This document shows, piece by piece, positions 21,670 through 32,233 of a DNA stretch of 64,000 nt. Position 1 is the stretch's first letter, and each line of letters opens with the position of its first letter. Both the position numbers and the translations under genes were made by a program. This DNA is from an uncultured Gemmatimonadales bacterium (lineage in GTDB: Bacteria; Gemmatimonadota; Gemmatimonadetes; Gemmatimonadales; GWC2-71-9), in contig CAVPGI010000012.1 of assembly GCA_963704015.1 (NCBI GenBank), positions 36,695 through 100,694 of the forward strand, given 5' to 3'. The notes under the pieces are model-generated. The model made no database searches. It was given only the letters and a program-made list of their open reading frames with translations, and was not told where the DNA came from.

Positions 21670-22851
21670 CTATGCCCCTGGACTTCGCGAAGCAAGCCTG
21701 GCCGCGAGATCGGCCTTGAGCGCGTCCCGGGTCTGCCGATACTGCCGCCATTCCTCGGGCGTGAACTCGGTCTCCCGACCCTGGTACCGGGCGTCGAGCC
21801 GAGCCATGGCTTCGATCAATGCATCCGGGCTGGCCGGGGCCGCCGGCTTCGCCCCACGCCGAAGCCCGATCCAGGCGCCGATGCCCAGCAATCCGGCCAC
21901 CAGGGCCACCGCGAGGGGAAGCGCCAGCTTCCCGAGCCAATCAGTGGCGAATTGGACCCGGAGCGTGTCTGGGCGGGAGACCACCACGGACCACCGCCGG
22001 AATCGGTGTCCCTGAATAGTCTGGGTGTCCACCGTCCCCACCGACCCGCCGGCGAGCCGCGCCTCGGGCTCTTCCAACAGGACGAATACCGTACCGGTCA
22101 CTTGGGGAAGCGGGATCGCGAGGGTGTGGGCACGGGCGGGAACCGCATAGGAGACCGAGAGATCCTTCTCTCCCGGAGCAATGGGGGCAAACAGCCGGAG
22201 GCTATCGCTCTCGATGACCATGGCTTCGGGTGAGAAATCGCTCTGGCCCGCCTGGGGATTGAGGACGCCGATGGGAAGCGGCATGGCCCAGGACCGTGTC
22301 TGGGAATCGGCCGGTACCCGGGTGCGCTCACCCGAGTTTCTCAAGGTGGCGATGTCCAGGACCTCGCGAGTACCGTCCTTCCCTGGCCGGCTCACGACCA
22401 GATGCCGGCTCCCGAGCACCACCGGCGTACTGGTCGAGGTATCCGACACCAGGAGCACCAGCGCGGTGTCGGGAAGCACCGGGTTCACGTGGACGGGCGC
22501 GGAGAAGTACTCGACGCCGGCGTAGCGGGCGCTGAGCAGGTAGAGCGCGGCGGTATCGGGAAGAAAACGGAACGCGAAGTGTCCGCGGAGATCCGCCAGA
22601 ACGGAGTCGATGGGGCCTTGCAGTTCGCGCGACACCCGATGCAGCACCACCCGCTGGCGGGCCACCGGCAACGTATCGCCCCGCGCGAGCCGCACCACGC
22701 GGCCGGCGGCCCGGGCGGGCACATGTTGGGGAGCGGCGGGTCCGGCAGCGGCAAGGAGCGCCAGCAGCGTGCCCGCGACCCGGCTAGGGCAGGAACCTCC
22801 CGAAATCCTGGGGATCCATCTTCTCCAGGTAACGCTTGAGCTGTTCGGCAT
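21670..22851 (-). CDS. hypothetical secreted / C-terminally membrane-anchored protein
   Basis: Intact 393-aa ORF with an N-terminal hydrophobic segment ([17 protein letters not shown]). The body is beta-rich. It has a single C-terminal TM ([22 protein letters not shown]) and a charged tail of about 60 aa. The start is uncertain, because the listed start overlaps the upstream gene by 68 bp. Confidence 0.5.
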   Translation of the reverse strand: MPNSSSVTWRRWIPRISGGSCPSRVAGTLLALLAAAGPAAPQHVPARAAGRVVRLARGDTLPVARQRVVLHRVSRELQGPIDSVLADLRGHFAFRFLPDTAALYLLSARYAGVEYFSAPVHVNPVLPDTALVLLVSDTSTSTPVVLGSRHLVVSRPGKDGTREVLDIATLRNSGERTRVPADSQTRSWAMPLPIGVLNPQAGQSDFSPEAMVIESDSLRLFAPIAPGEKDLSVSYAVPARAHTLAIPLPQVTGTVFVLLEEPEARLAGGSVGTVDTQTIQGHRFRRWSVVVSRPDTLRVQFATDWLGKLALPLAVALVAGLLGIGAWIGLRRGAKPAAPASPDALIEAMARLDARYQGRETEFTPEEWRQYRQTRDALKADLAARLASRSPGA

Positions 22852-23282
22852 CGAGGGAGGAGTCCGGCGCTCGGCATCGGCCGCTTCGATCGCGGTCCTG
22901 CTCGAGCAGCTGGTCCTCGGTGAAGATCGGCGCGTTCACCCGCAGGGCCAGGGCGATGCTGTCCGACGGCCGGGCGTCCAACTGGTAGATGCTGGTCATC
23001 CCGCTGCAGCAGCAGCTCCGCGAAGTAGGTCTTGTCCTTCAGGGCGCTGATCACCACCCGCCGCACGCTCGGCGCCCAGCCCGACGATGATCGGTCTTGA
23101 GCAGATCGTGGGTCATCGGGCGCGGCGGCTTGACGCCCTGCATCTCCATCGCGATGGCGCTCGCCTCCGCCGGACCGATCCAGATGGGAAGCACACGGTT
23201 CGCCGTCCTTCTCCCGCAGGATCACCACCGGAGTGTTGGTGGTGCGGTCCAGCCCGAGATGCGCGACCGTGACCTCGATCAT
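22784..23282 (-). pseudogene. bifunctional nuclease (BFN/DUF151) family protein, frame-disrupted
   Basis: [28 protein letters not shown] (ATG 23282, in frame of 22485..23864). Then ...[22 protein letters not shown], and in 22784..22999 [29 protein letters not shown]. Confidence 0.75.
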
Positions 23283-23289
23283 CGCTCCC

Positions 23290-24526
23290 TCAACGTGCCG
23301 CCGACAGCAGGTCCTCGACCCGGTCGGTCTCTTCCCAGGGAAGAACTCGCACCGACTTACCGCCAATCTTACTGCGTGTAGCGGCTTCCGGCCGAAGTGG
23401 CCGTAGGCCGCGGTGGGCGAGTAGATCGGCTTGCTTGAGGTCCGAGCGCCTCGATGATCCCCCGGGGTCAGGTCGAACACCTCGCGCACCGCCGCTCCAG
23501 CCTCGTGTCGGGCAACATGCCCGGTACCGAAGGTGTCCACCATGACCGAGACCGGCTCGGCGCACGCCGATGGCGTAGGCCACCTGCACCTCGCAGCGCT
23601 TGGCCAGCTTGCGCGGCCACGATGTTCTTGGCCACCCAGCGCATCGCGTAGGCGCGCCGAGCGGTCGACCTTGGAAGGGTCCTTGCCGCTGAAGGCGCCG
23701 CCGCCGTGACGGGCCATGCCGCCGTAGGTGTCCACGATGATCTTCCGCCCGGTGAGCCCGGCGTCGCCGTGCGGGCCGCCGATCACGAAGCGGCCGGTCG
23801 GATTGATCAGGAACTTGGTCTTCCGGTACTCGAGCTCGTGGTCGCGCAGCACCGGCTTGATCACCTCCTCGATGACCGCTGTCCCGGATCGTGTGCCACT
23901 TGAGCGAGCTCGCGGCCCCGATGCCGCTCGGCATGCTGGGTGGAGACCACGACCGTCCGGACTCCGATCGGCCGGCCTCCTTCGTACTCCACCGACACCT
24001 GCGACTTCCCGTCGGGCCGGAGCCAGTCGATCCGTCGGTGCCGTTCAGCGCCCTTGCGCACCGCCGCCAGCCGCTCGGCGATGCGGTGGGCCAGCATGAT
24101 GGGCAGCGGCATCAGCTCGCGGGTCTCGTCGGTGGCGTAGCCGAACATCATCCCCTGGTCGCCGGCGCCCTGCTCCGGTCGGTCCGGTCCACGTCCACAC
24201 CCTGCGCGATGTCGGGCGACTGCCGATCGATCGAGGTCAGCACGGCGCAGGTCTGGCCGTCGAATGCCGTACGAGGCGTCGGTGTACCCGATCCTCCTGA
24301 CCGTGTCCCGCACGATGTCCGGAATGTGGACGTAGGTCGTGGTGGTGATCTCGCCCGCCACCACGGCCATGCCGGTGGTCACCAGGGTTTCGCAGGCGAC
24401 CCGGCCATCCCGGTCGTCGGCCAGGATGGCGTCGAGCACCGCGTCGGAGATCTGGTCCGCGACCTTGTCGGGATGACCTTCGGTGACGGACTCGGAGGTG
24501 AAGACGTGACGCTTACTGGCGGCCAT
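23290..24526 (-). pseudogene. metK: S-adenosylmethionine synthase MetK, frame-disrupted (several shifts)
   Basis: [35 protein letters not shown] (23861..24547). [53 protein letters not shown] (22485..23864). The C-terminus ...[16 protein letters not shown] is in 23290..23934. Confidence 0.9.
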
Positions 24527-24588
24527 GGAGTGCGGGGTTAGGGACACGGAGTGGCAGGACCGACCTCAGGATAATGGAGGGGCGTGGG

Positions 24589-26393
24589 TCAGGCTAGTCT
24601 CGCGGCGTGCACCGGCAACGAGGTTTCCAGGTCGAGCAGCCGGAGGTCGACATAGGGCCGCACCGCCTCCCGCACGGCCTCGGTCACGGCATCGGCCGTC
24701 CGGCACTGGAGCGCCGCTTCCGCCGCCCCGCGCGCGGCGGCGAGCGGGACCGTTCGCACCACCCACTTGACCAGCGGCAGCGCCGGCGGCCCCACGCTCA
24801 GCGACTGCGTAGCCCAGCCCCACCAGCAGGACGCAGGAGAGCGGATCGGAGGCCATCTCGCCGCACACGCTGACGGGGATGCCCGCTGCGGCGCCCGCCA
24901 GCACCACGGTCTGGAGCTGACGGACCACCGCCGGATGGTGCGGCGTGAACCGCGTCGGCGAGCCGGGCGTTCCCCCGGTCCACCGCCAGGGTGTACTGCA
25001 CCAGATCGTTGGTGCCCACGCTGAAGAAGTCGCTGACCGTGGCGAGCTGGTCGGCCATGACGGCGGCGGCCGGAGTCTCGATCATCACGCCGATCGGCAT
25101 CGAGGGCGCCGCGCGAATTCCCTCCCTGGCCAGCGCGACCGCCTCCTCCTGCATGATCTCCCGCGAGGCGCTGATCTCTTCCTGCCGGGTCACCAGCGGC
25201 AGCATGAGCTCGACCGCGACGGTCCACGGCGGCCCGGAGCACCGCGCGCAGCTGGGGGCGGAAGATCTCCGGGTGGTCGAGGCAGACCCGGATCGAGCGC
25301 CAGCCCAGAAACGGATTGGCTTCCGGCGGCGCCCGGAACGCGGCGGGGAACTTGTCGCCGCCCAGGTCGAACGACCGGATGATCACGGGGTGGCCGGGAA
25401 AGGCGTCCGCCACCCGGCGGAAGTAGTCGGTCTGCTCGTCTTCGGTCGGCAGCGAGGTCCGGCCCGGTCACCAGGAACTCGGTGCGGAGCAGCCCCACGC
25501 CCTGCGCGTCGTAGCGAACCGCGGGCTCGATCTCTTCGGGCAGGTCCACGTTGCCCATCAGCGTGATCGCGTGCCCGTCGGGGGTGACGGCCGGCTGGCG
25601 GACCGCGTGCTCGAGCTCGAACTCCAGCTTCCGCCGGCGGGAGATCTGGGCCCGCACCTGTTCCAGCTCGGCATGGGTCGGATCGATGCAGGACGGTGCC
25701 GCTCTGCCCATCCAGCAGCAGGAGGGTGCCCGCTCGATCCGCTCGCAGCGCCCCGTACACCCCCATCACGGCGGGAATACCGAGCGAGTGGGCCAGGATC
25801 GCGGCGTGAGAGGTCCGGGTGCCCTCCTCGCTCACCAGCCCGACCACGTGCTCGCGGTCCAGCTGGACCGTCAGCCCGGGAGACAGCTCGTGCGCCACCA
25901 CGATCACCTGGTCGGCCGAGGGGGACTCCCAGGGCTCCTCGTCCGCCATACCGGTCAGGTGCTGCAGCATCCGGATCTGGATGGCCGAGAGGTCGGCCAG
26001 CCGATCCCGCAGCACGGCACTGCCCGAAGACTCCCAGAGCGCCCGGGTCTCCAGCGCCTTGAACTCGTAGGCGGTCTCGGCGCTGAAGCAATTCTGCCGG
26101 ATCAGCTGTTCGACTTCGCCCAGGATGTCCGCGTCCTGGACCATCAGGATCTGGGCGTCGAAGATGTGGGACTCCTCGACGCCGGCGCGTTCCAGGACCC
26201 GATCCCGGAGCCCTTCCAGCACCTTCCCCACGTGGGCCGCAGCGTCCCGGAGACGGCGAATCTCGGTTTCCACCTCCGGGGCGCTGATGGTCCGGTTGGG
26301 CACATCGGGGACGTCGAACCGGACGATCATGGCCGGGCCGAAGGCCACGCCCGGCGAGACCCCGATCCCGCGGAGGACGCGCGTCGAGTTCAC
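24589..26393 (-). pseudogene. ptsI: phosphoenolpyruvate-protein phosphotransferase (PTS enzyme I), frame-disrupted (at least 5 shifts)
   Basis: GTG 26393 overlaps the ptsH stop. LRGIGVSPGVAFGPA... and the phosphohistidine motif EEGTRTSHAAILAHSLGIPAV are in 25383..26486. GLLRTEFL is in 25190..25711. [10 protein letters not shown] is in 24589..25413. [10 protein letters not shown]...[18 protein letters not shown] is in 24798..25205. VSVCGEMA is in 24566..24928. Confidence 0.9.
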
Positions 26394-26659
26394 TCGCCGA
26401 AGCCTTCCTCGATCAACTGGGCCAGTGCTTCGACGGCCTCCTGGCTGTCGGCACCGGTCGCCTTGACCGTGATCGTGCTTCCGCACTCGGCCGCCAGCAT
26501 CATCACGCCCATGATGCTCTTTCCGTTAACCGACATGGTGTCCTTGCACACCTCGATGTGGGAGCCGAACGTGCTGGCCAGCTTCACGAATTGCGCCGCC
26601 GGCCGGGCATGCAGCCCCAGCGGGTTGGTGATCCTCGCTGCCCGGGTCACGGTGGTCAC
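26390..26659 (-). CDS. ptsH: phosphocarrier protein HPr
   Basis: GTG 26659 overlaps the IID stop. The His15 motif NPLGLHARPAA and the Ser46 motif VNGKSIMGVMML are both present. About 89 aa. Confidence 0.85.
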   Translation of the reverse strand: MTTVTRAARITNPLGLHARPAAQFVKLASTFGSHIEVCKDTMSVNGKSIMGVMMLAAECGSTITVKATGADSQEAVEALAQLIEEGFGE

Positions 26660-27390
26660 GGGACCAGCCAGAGCCAGAGCAGCGCTGCCGCGACCAGGGC
26701 GAGCCCGTAGCGCAGGGCGGTCACCATGGCCGGCAAGCGGTAGAACAGGGTGATCCCCAACATGGCTGCGCTGAGAGCCCAGACCACAGCCCCGGCGGGC
26801 GCCCCAGACAGAAGGTAGCCGCCCCCGGCAGGCACGGCGAAGCCGACCAGGAATGCGGCGGCCGGACCCAGCCAACGCCCGACCCGCGGCAACCAGGAGC
26901 GTTGCAGGGCGCCCGCCACCTGCAGGCCGGTCTCCAGACCGGTTCGGAGTCCCCACCAGGCGGTGGCCAAGCGGGCGGCATTGAAGACCACCAGGAAGGA
27001 CACCACGGCCCAGTCGCCGGCGCCGCCGGCCACGGCGATCATGGTGAGGGCCATGAGCGCGGGAAGCAGCCCAGCCCAGAAGACCTGATCACCCAGGGCG
27101 CCGAGGGGGCCGCAGAGCGCGGTCCGGAGGCGTTGGATGAGCGGGCCCGGGATCGCGTCTTCCTCCGCGCGCGCCAGAGCCCCCACGGCCAGACCGGCGA
27201 GATACGGATGGCAGTTGAAATATTCGGAGGACCGGGCCACCGCCTCCGAGTACCGGCCGGGGGCTCCGGTCTTGAGCCCTTCGAGCAAGGGTGCGGCCGC
27301 GTAGCCCATGCCGATCCCCTGCATCCTCTCATAGTTCCAGGAGGCCTGGATGGTGAACAGCCGGAGCAAGGCGCGGAGTCGGCTCGTCAT
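26656..27390 (-). CDS. PTS mannose/fructose/sorbose-family IID component
   Basis: MTSRLRALLRLFTIQASWNYERMQGIGMGYAAAPLL... (the IID hallmark N-terminus), followed by TM helices. The ATG at 27390 overlaps the IIC stop (ATGA). Confidence 0.85.
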   Translation of the reverse strand: MTSRLRALLRLFTIQASWNYERMQGIGMGYAAAPLLEGLKTGAPGRYSEAVARSSEYFNCHPYLAGLAVGALARAEEDAIPGPLIQRLRTALCGPLGALGDQVFWAGLLPALMALTMIAVAGGAGDWAVVSFLVVFNAARLATAWWGLRTGLETGLQVAGALQRSWLPRVGRWLGPAAAFLVGFAVPAGGGYLLSGAPAGAVVWALSAAMLGITLFYRLPAMVTALRYGLALVAAALLWLWLVP

Positions 27391-28070
27391 CGCGACCACG
27401 CCACCCAAAGCATGCCCGCGAGCGCCCCGGCACCGACCCAGGTCAGGCGGGATCCGCGGCCCGCGGTCCGGAGGGCGCCACTCCAGGCGGCGGCCATGCC
27501 CGCGCCGACGGCCGCGATGGCGGGAAGCCATTGATTACTGGTCGGGATCCGCAACCAGAACACGACCAACAGCAGCCCCAGCGCGGTCAGCCCGAAGCTC
27601 CGAGCGGCATCCCGAATGAGGCTGAGCCAGTGGATGGCCGCGATCCTCACCGGATCCCCGGTCGCCAGCTCGGCACTGTAGAGCTGTACCACACGCGCAT
27701 TGGCATGCCGGAGCAGCGGCAGGGTCCAGCCGCCCAACCGGGCCAGCAGCAGGCCCAATAACGCCGCCGGCCCCAGGACCGCCTCCCAGGTAGCCGGAGA
27801 GAGGGCGGCATAGGCCGTCGCTGCGACGGTGGCGGGCCCGTAGTCGGGATACCGGGCGGCGCCGACGGCCAGCACATCGAGCGAGAACAGTTCGAGCAGC
27901 AGCCCCACGCGCATGCCGCTGGCCACATCCCCGGCGATGGCGCCGGCGATGGTCCCGGCGACCAGGGGCCGGGAAATCATCATCTGGGGCACGCTGACCA
28001 GGTCGAGGCCGACCAGGGTCCCCCAGCCGAGCAGCCCGAGAACGACGGACGGTTCGAAGGGAAGCATCAC
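27387..28070 (-). CDS. PTS mannose/fructose/sorbose-family IIC component
   Basis: Intact 227-aa polytopic ORF (MMLPFEPSVVLGLLGWGTLVGLDLVSVPQMMISRPLVAGT...). It sits between IIB and IID and overlaps both by 4 nt. Confidence 0.8.
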   Translation of the reverse strand: MMLPFEPSVVLGLLGWGTLVGLDLVSVPQMMISRPLVAGTIAGAIAGDVASGMRVGLLLELFSLDVLAVGAARYPDYGPATVAATAYAALSPATWEAVLGPAALLGLLLARLGGWTLPLLRHANARVVQLYSAELATGDPVRIAAIHWLSLIRDAARSFGLTALGLLLVVFWLRIPTSNQWLPAIAAVGAGMAAAWSGALRTAGRGSRLTWVGAGALAGMLWVAWSR

Positions 28071-28545
28071 CGGAGGTCGCGCAGATGAACCGGCGCCGAG
28101 GTCGGAAGGTCCTGCGCCGTGATTTCGGCGCCGGCACCCTCCAGGGCGAGGAGGAACTTCAACTCCTCATCGGCGAGATAGAGATAGGGCAGCCGTTCGC
28201 GGCGCCCCGGCTTCAGGTGAAGGCCGCCCAGGTTGATGCGGGTGACGCCGGGCGCGGGCCTGACGCAGCGCCGGCCATGGTGTCGATGTCGCCGGTGAGG
28301 ACGATGCCGCGCCGGGGATCGGCGGCCCACTCGCCGGGTAGCGGCGGATCGCCTCGGCCAGGGTGGCGAAGGTCACTTCCATGGAGTCCGGCACCCCCAT
28401 GCGGTAGAGGTCCTGCTCCCAGTCGCTGGCGCCGACCTGATCGTCCACCAGGGCGATGAACTCGACCCCCAGCGGCGCGGCCCCACCCGATGACCACCTG
28501 ACCGTGGATCAGGCGGTCGTCGATCCGGTAGCAGCACGACGGCAT
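28067..28545 (-). pseudogene. PTS mannose-family IIB component, frame-disrupted
   Basis: YRIDDRLIHGQVVIGWG (phospho-His motif) is in frame of 28213..29625. VDDQVGASDWEQDLYRMGVPDSMEVTFATLAEAI is in 28167..28448. VTRINLGGLHLKPGRRERLPYLYLADEE... is in 28067..28330. Confidence 0.75.
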
Positions 28546-28926
28546 CAGCGGCTGCCGAATGGCGTCGGCGCCGGCCTTGACCACCGCGCGCTGCGGCCGC
28601 CTCGGCGGCGGCAGCTCGCGGTGAAAGACGAAGTCCAGCAGCATCGGCAGGTTGACCCCGGTGACGACCGGTATCCCCTGGCCGTCGCGCGCGCGCTGCA
28701 TCGCGGCGAAGAAACAGGATCCGCTGGGCAGGTCCACGAACACGACGGCGGGACCGTCACCGACCGCGTCGGCCAATCCGCTGCTCGATGAGCCCGCGGT
28801 CGCACCCGGTGTTGCTGACCGCGACCAGCGCACGCCGGCACGCCGCTGATTTGCTCGACGGCCGCCACCAGCGCCTGGGCCAGCCTCGCCGTGGGAAACG
28901 ACCACGCCCGTGAGCGGCTCACTCAT
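28546..28926 (-). pseudogene. PTS mannose-family IIA component, frame-disrupted; 3' boundary with IIB uncertain
   Basis: MSEPLTGVVVSHG (ATG 28926, His motif), then RLAQALVAAVEQISG in 28545..28922, then VVFVDLPSGSCFFAAMQ...IPVVTGVNLPMLLDF in the frame of 28213..29625. Confidence 0.7.
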
Positions 28927-29882
28927 AGTCTTCCTGCAGGTACTCGCGGATTCCCTCTTCTCCTTCATCCGCCGGATGAGGCGCTCGTTGAAGGCGGCCG
29001 CGACGTCCACGCCCGAGTAGCGCAGCAGATGCATCATCGCGACCACTTCGGCGATCACGGTGATGTTCTTGCCGGGGTTGAGCGGCACGATCACCCGAGG
29101 CACGGCAATGTCCGAGAATCGTGGTCTCGTGCTGGGCCAGCCCGGTGCGGTCGGCATCCTTGGCCGTTCTCCCAGTCCTCCAGCTGGACCACGACCTCGA
29201 TCCGCTTCTGCTGCCGCACCGCCCGCACCCCGAACAGCGCGGGAATGTCGATCAGGCCGACGCCGCGGATCTCCATGTGATGACCCGCCAGCTCGTGGCC
29301 CTGACCAATCAGGACGTCGGTCCCCCGCCGGCTGACCTGGACCACGTCGTCCGCCACCAGTCGGTGCCCCCGCTCGACCAGGTCGAGGACGCACTCGCTC
29401 TTCCCGATGCCCGACCGCCCGATGAACAGGAGGCCCACGCCGTAGACGTCGGCCAGCGAGCCGTGCAGGGTGGTGCGCGGCGCGAAGGCCTCCTCGAGCA
29501 TCGGCTTGATACGGCGGTAGAACTCGGCCGTCTTGAGCCGCGTCCGGAGCACCGGGATTCCCCGCTCCCGGGCCCGCTCCAGCAGCTCGGCCGGCACCTC
29601 CTGGCCCTTGGTGACGAACAGGCACGGGAGGTCGAAGCCGAAGAACCCGTCCAGGGAGCGGCGACGGGACTCGGGGTCCAGCGAGTTGAGGTAGGTGATT
29701 TCGGTCTCGCCCAGCACGTGCAACCGCCGCGGCATGAACCGGGTGGTGTACCCCGCGAGGGCCAGTCCGGGGCTCGCGACTTCCGCATCGGGCATCGGTC
29801 GGTCGAGGCCCAACTCCGCGGTGAGCGCCTCCAGCTGCAGCGTGTCGCGCCGCGCCATCAGCTCCCGGATGGTCAGGCTCAC
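28919..29882 (-). pseudogene. hprK: HPr kinase/phosphorylase, frame break(s) near 29100-29170
   Basis: GTG 29882 overlaps the hpf stop. LTIRELMARRDTLQLEALTAELGL..., P-loop GRSGIGKSECVLDL and HHMEIRGVGLIDI are in 29091..30050. The C-terminus VIVPLNPGKNITVIAEVVAMMHLL is in another frame. In my own translation it ends ...IREYLQEDYE, overlapping the IIA start. Confidence 0.85.
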
Positions 29883-30190
29883 TGGGGGCCGGTTCCTGCG
29901 CGCCGGGACCGGCGTGCGCGCGGGCCCTTCTCGAGCTGGCGCCGCAGTTTCTGCTCGGCCCGATCCAGCGCGGAGCGATGATCGGCGGCCGTGGCGCTGG
30001 CGACCAACATAACGCCGCCGGAGAGGTGGAGCCGCAGCTCCACCGAGCACTGCGCGGAGTGGTTATCGAATGTCACCGTCGCATCCACCGGACGGCTGGC
30101 GTGGCTGGCGAGACGTTGCAGCACCCGTTCCGCCCGCTCCCGGAGGTCCTCGGACACTGGACGGTGGCGGCCGGTGATCTGCGTGCGCAT
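29879..30190 (-). CDS. hpf: ribosome hibernation-promoting factor (HPF/RaiA, short form)
   Basis: Intact 103-aa ORF: MRTQITGRHRPVSEDLRERAERVLQRL...SVELRLHLSGGVMLVASATAADHRSALDRAEQKLRRQLEK. This is the typical sigma-54 modulation protein / S30EA family pattern. Confidence 0.85.
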   Translation of the reverse strand: MRTQITGRHRPVSEDLRERAERVLQRLASHASRPVDATVTFDNHSAQCSVELRLHLSGGVMLVASATAADHRSALDRAEQKLRRQLEKGPRARRSRRAGTGPQ

Positions 30191-30220
30191 GCGCTTTCTC
30201 CTTGCAAGTCCATAGGTCGA

Positions 30221-31339
30221 TCAACGCTGACGTGACGGGAGCATCGAAACCAGGTGCTGTTCGGTCAGGTCGGCGGCATGCTCCCAGCTGAGGGTCTCGG
30301 CGAATCGCCGCGCCGCCCGGCCCATGCGCGCGACCAGCGCCGGGTCGTTGGCCAGCAGCAGCATTCGCTCCGCCAACGCGGCCGGATCCCCCAGCGGCAC
30401 CAGAAACCCCGTTTCTCCCTGGCGCACCGAGTCGCGCAGGCCAGGACTGTCGGCGGCAATGGAGGGCGTCCCACAGGCGGCGGCCTCCACGTTGGTCATC
30501 CCCCAGCCTTCCTTGCGCGAGGGGAGGAGGTTGGCGGTGGCGGTCTGCATGAGTCGGAGCTTCTCCACCTCGGAGACCGGTCCGTGAAAGCGCACCGCGT
30601 CGCCCAGGCCCAGCTCGGCCACCACCCCTTCCAGCCGGTCCCGGTCGTCTCCGCCACCGGCCACGTCCAGCGCCAGATCCGGCCGCGAGCCGCGGGCCAG
30701 CGCCAGGGCGCGAATCGCGGTCTCGACGCCCTTGTAGCGCTTGAGCCGCCCCAGATACAGGAAACGGGGAGGCGCCGCCCGGGGGAGCGCAGGATCCGGG
30801 TGCAGGGTCGTGGTATCCACGCCGGAGAGGACCACCCGGATCCGCTCGGCCGGCACGCCGCGGGCGATCAGATCGGCCCGGGTGCTGTCGCTCACCGCCT
30901 CGAACTCCGCCCGCCGGTAGGCCCATGGAATCGGCCGCTCCAGCAGCCAGAGCACGCCACCCACCAGCGGCCCCGCCTCGTCAAAGGATACCTCGCCAAA
31001 GAGGTGGTTGACCAGCACGAGGAACGACGCCCTAGTCCGACCGGACAGGAAGAGCGGCATCTTGTTGATGTTTTCGACCACCACCTCGGGGGCCTCCTCG
31101 GCCACCCATCTTCGGAAGGCGCCCCGGGCCTGGAGCGCGAAACCGGTTCGGCTGCCGACCCGCCGTACCCGAATGCCCCGGACTGTCGTCTCGCGGCGGC
31201 ATCCTTCCCAGCCGGAGCAGAGCAGGCGGACCCGATGCCCCCTCGCCGCCAACCGGCCGAATACTTCGAAGAGGTGGACTTCCGCGCCGCCGGCCTTGGG
31301 ATTGTCGAGATCCAGCCAGTTCACCAGGAGGATGTTCAC
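30221..31339 (-). CDS. glycosyltransferase family 4 (GT-B, group 1)
   Basis: Intact 372-aa ORF. N-terminus NILLVNWLDLDNPKAGGAEVH. C-terminal EX7E-type region LLPSRKEGWGMTNVEAAACGTPSIAADSPGLRDSV. Confidence 0.85.
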   Translation of the reverse strand: MNILLVNWLDLDNPKAGGAEVHLFEVFGRLAARGHRVRLLCSGWEGCRRETTVRGIRVRRVGSRTGFALQARGAFRRWVAEEAPEVVVENINKMPLFLSGRTRASFLVLVNHLFGEVSFDEAGPLVGGVLWLLERPIPWAYRRAEFEAVSDSTRADLIARGVPAERIRVVLSGVDTTTLHPDPALPRAAPPRFLYLGRLKRYKGVETAIRALALARGSRPDLALDVAGGGDDRDRLEGVVAELGLGDAVRFHGPVSEVEKLRLMQTATANLLPSRKEGWGMTNVEAAACGTPSIAADSPGLRDSVRQGETGFLVPLGDPAALAERMLLLANDPALVARMGRAARRFAETLSWEHAADLTEQHLVSMLPSRQR

Positions 31340-31755
31340 AGTCGGCCGAGCGCTCGAGCGATCCGATCCAGCACGCCGTTGATGAAGGCGGGGGAGCGAG
31401 GACCGGCGAAGCGATGGGCCAGCCAGAGCGCCTCGTCGATGATGACCAGCGGCGGCGCCGCTTCGTGGCGCAGCTCATAGACGGCCAACCGGAGGATGCA
31501 GCGCTCGACGGCGCCCACCCGCTCCAGCCGCCAGTGCTCGGTGGCTTCCGCGATCTCGCGATCCAACTCGGCCTGCTCGGCTACGATCCCCTGGACCATC
31601 CCCTCCACTTTCCGCGCCACCTCCGGCGAGGCGCCGGTGAGATCCGCCACCTTGGCCGCGGCCTCGGGGAGACCGCCCCCCTCTCCCCCCCCGGTCTCCC
31701 AGGCATAGAGCAGCTGGATGGCGCGGGCCCGGGCCCGGGTCTCCTCCCTAATCAC
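31336..31755 (-). CDS. nusB: transcription antitermination factor NusB
   Basis: Intact 139-aa ORF: RARARAIQLLYAWE...RLAVYELRHEAAPPLVIIDEALWLAHRF...FINGVLDRIA. Confidence 0.9.
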   Translation of the reverse strand: MIREETRARARAIQLLYAWETGGGEGGGLPEAAAKVADLTGASPEVARKVEGMVQGIVAEQAELDREIAEATEHWRLERVGAVERCILRLAVYELRHEAAPPLVIIDEALWLAHRFAGPRSPAFINGVLDRIARALGRL

Positions 31756-32224
31756 GGATGGTCCGGAGCTGGCCGAAGAGGTCGGCCCCGCTCAGCGCCG
31801 CCGCGGCCGCCTCGTACCCCTTGTTGCCGGCCGCTCCTCCCGCGCGCTCCATGGCCTGCTCCAGAGAATCGACGGTGAGCACGCCGAATCCCACGGGAAT
31901 GCCGGTCCGGGTCGCTACTTCACCCAGTCCACGCGCGGCCTCCCCAGCCACGTACTCGAAGTGGGCGGTCTCGCCGCGAATCACCGCGCCCAGGGCCACC
32001 AGGCAAGCGTATCGGCCCGTGGCCGCCGCAGTGGCGGCCGTGGCCCCTAGCTCGAAGGCGCCCGGGACCCAGATGATGTCCCGCTGGTCCTCCGACACGC
32101 CGGCCTCCCGGCAACAGTCGAGCGCGCCCTGCAACAGGCGGGTGGTGACCAGCTCATTGTAGCGGCTGACGAGGATGGCCACCCGGCCCGTGGCCCGTAG
32201 ACGTCCGGCGAATTCCGGCACCAT
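31748..32224 (-). CDS. ribH: 6,7-dimethyl-8-ribityllumazine synthase
   Basis: Intact 158-aa ORF: VAILVSRYNELVTTRLLQGA...IIWVPGAFELG...ALGAVIRGETAHFEYVA...PVGFGVLTVDSLEQAMERAG. Confidence 0.9.
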   Translation of the reverse strand: MVPEFAGRLRATGRVAILVSRYNELVTTRLLQGALDCCREAGVSEDQRDIIWVPGAFELGATAATAAATGRYACLVALGAVIRGETAHFEYVAGEAARGLGEVATRTGIPVGFGVLTVDSLEQAMERAGGAAGNKGYEAAAAALSGADLFGQLRTIRD

Positions 32225-32233
32225 TACCGAGGA

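Noticed and set aside
30191-30220. Sigma-54 (TGGCAC-N5-TTGC) promoter in front of hpf/PTS or the EPS operon
   Set aside because: I found no acceptable -24/-12 match on the minus strand in either region. The closest, GGGCACTTGACAT near 7296, has the wrong spacing and lacks the GC element.
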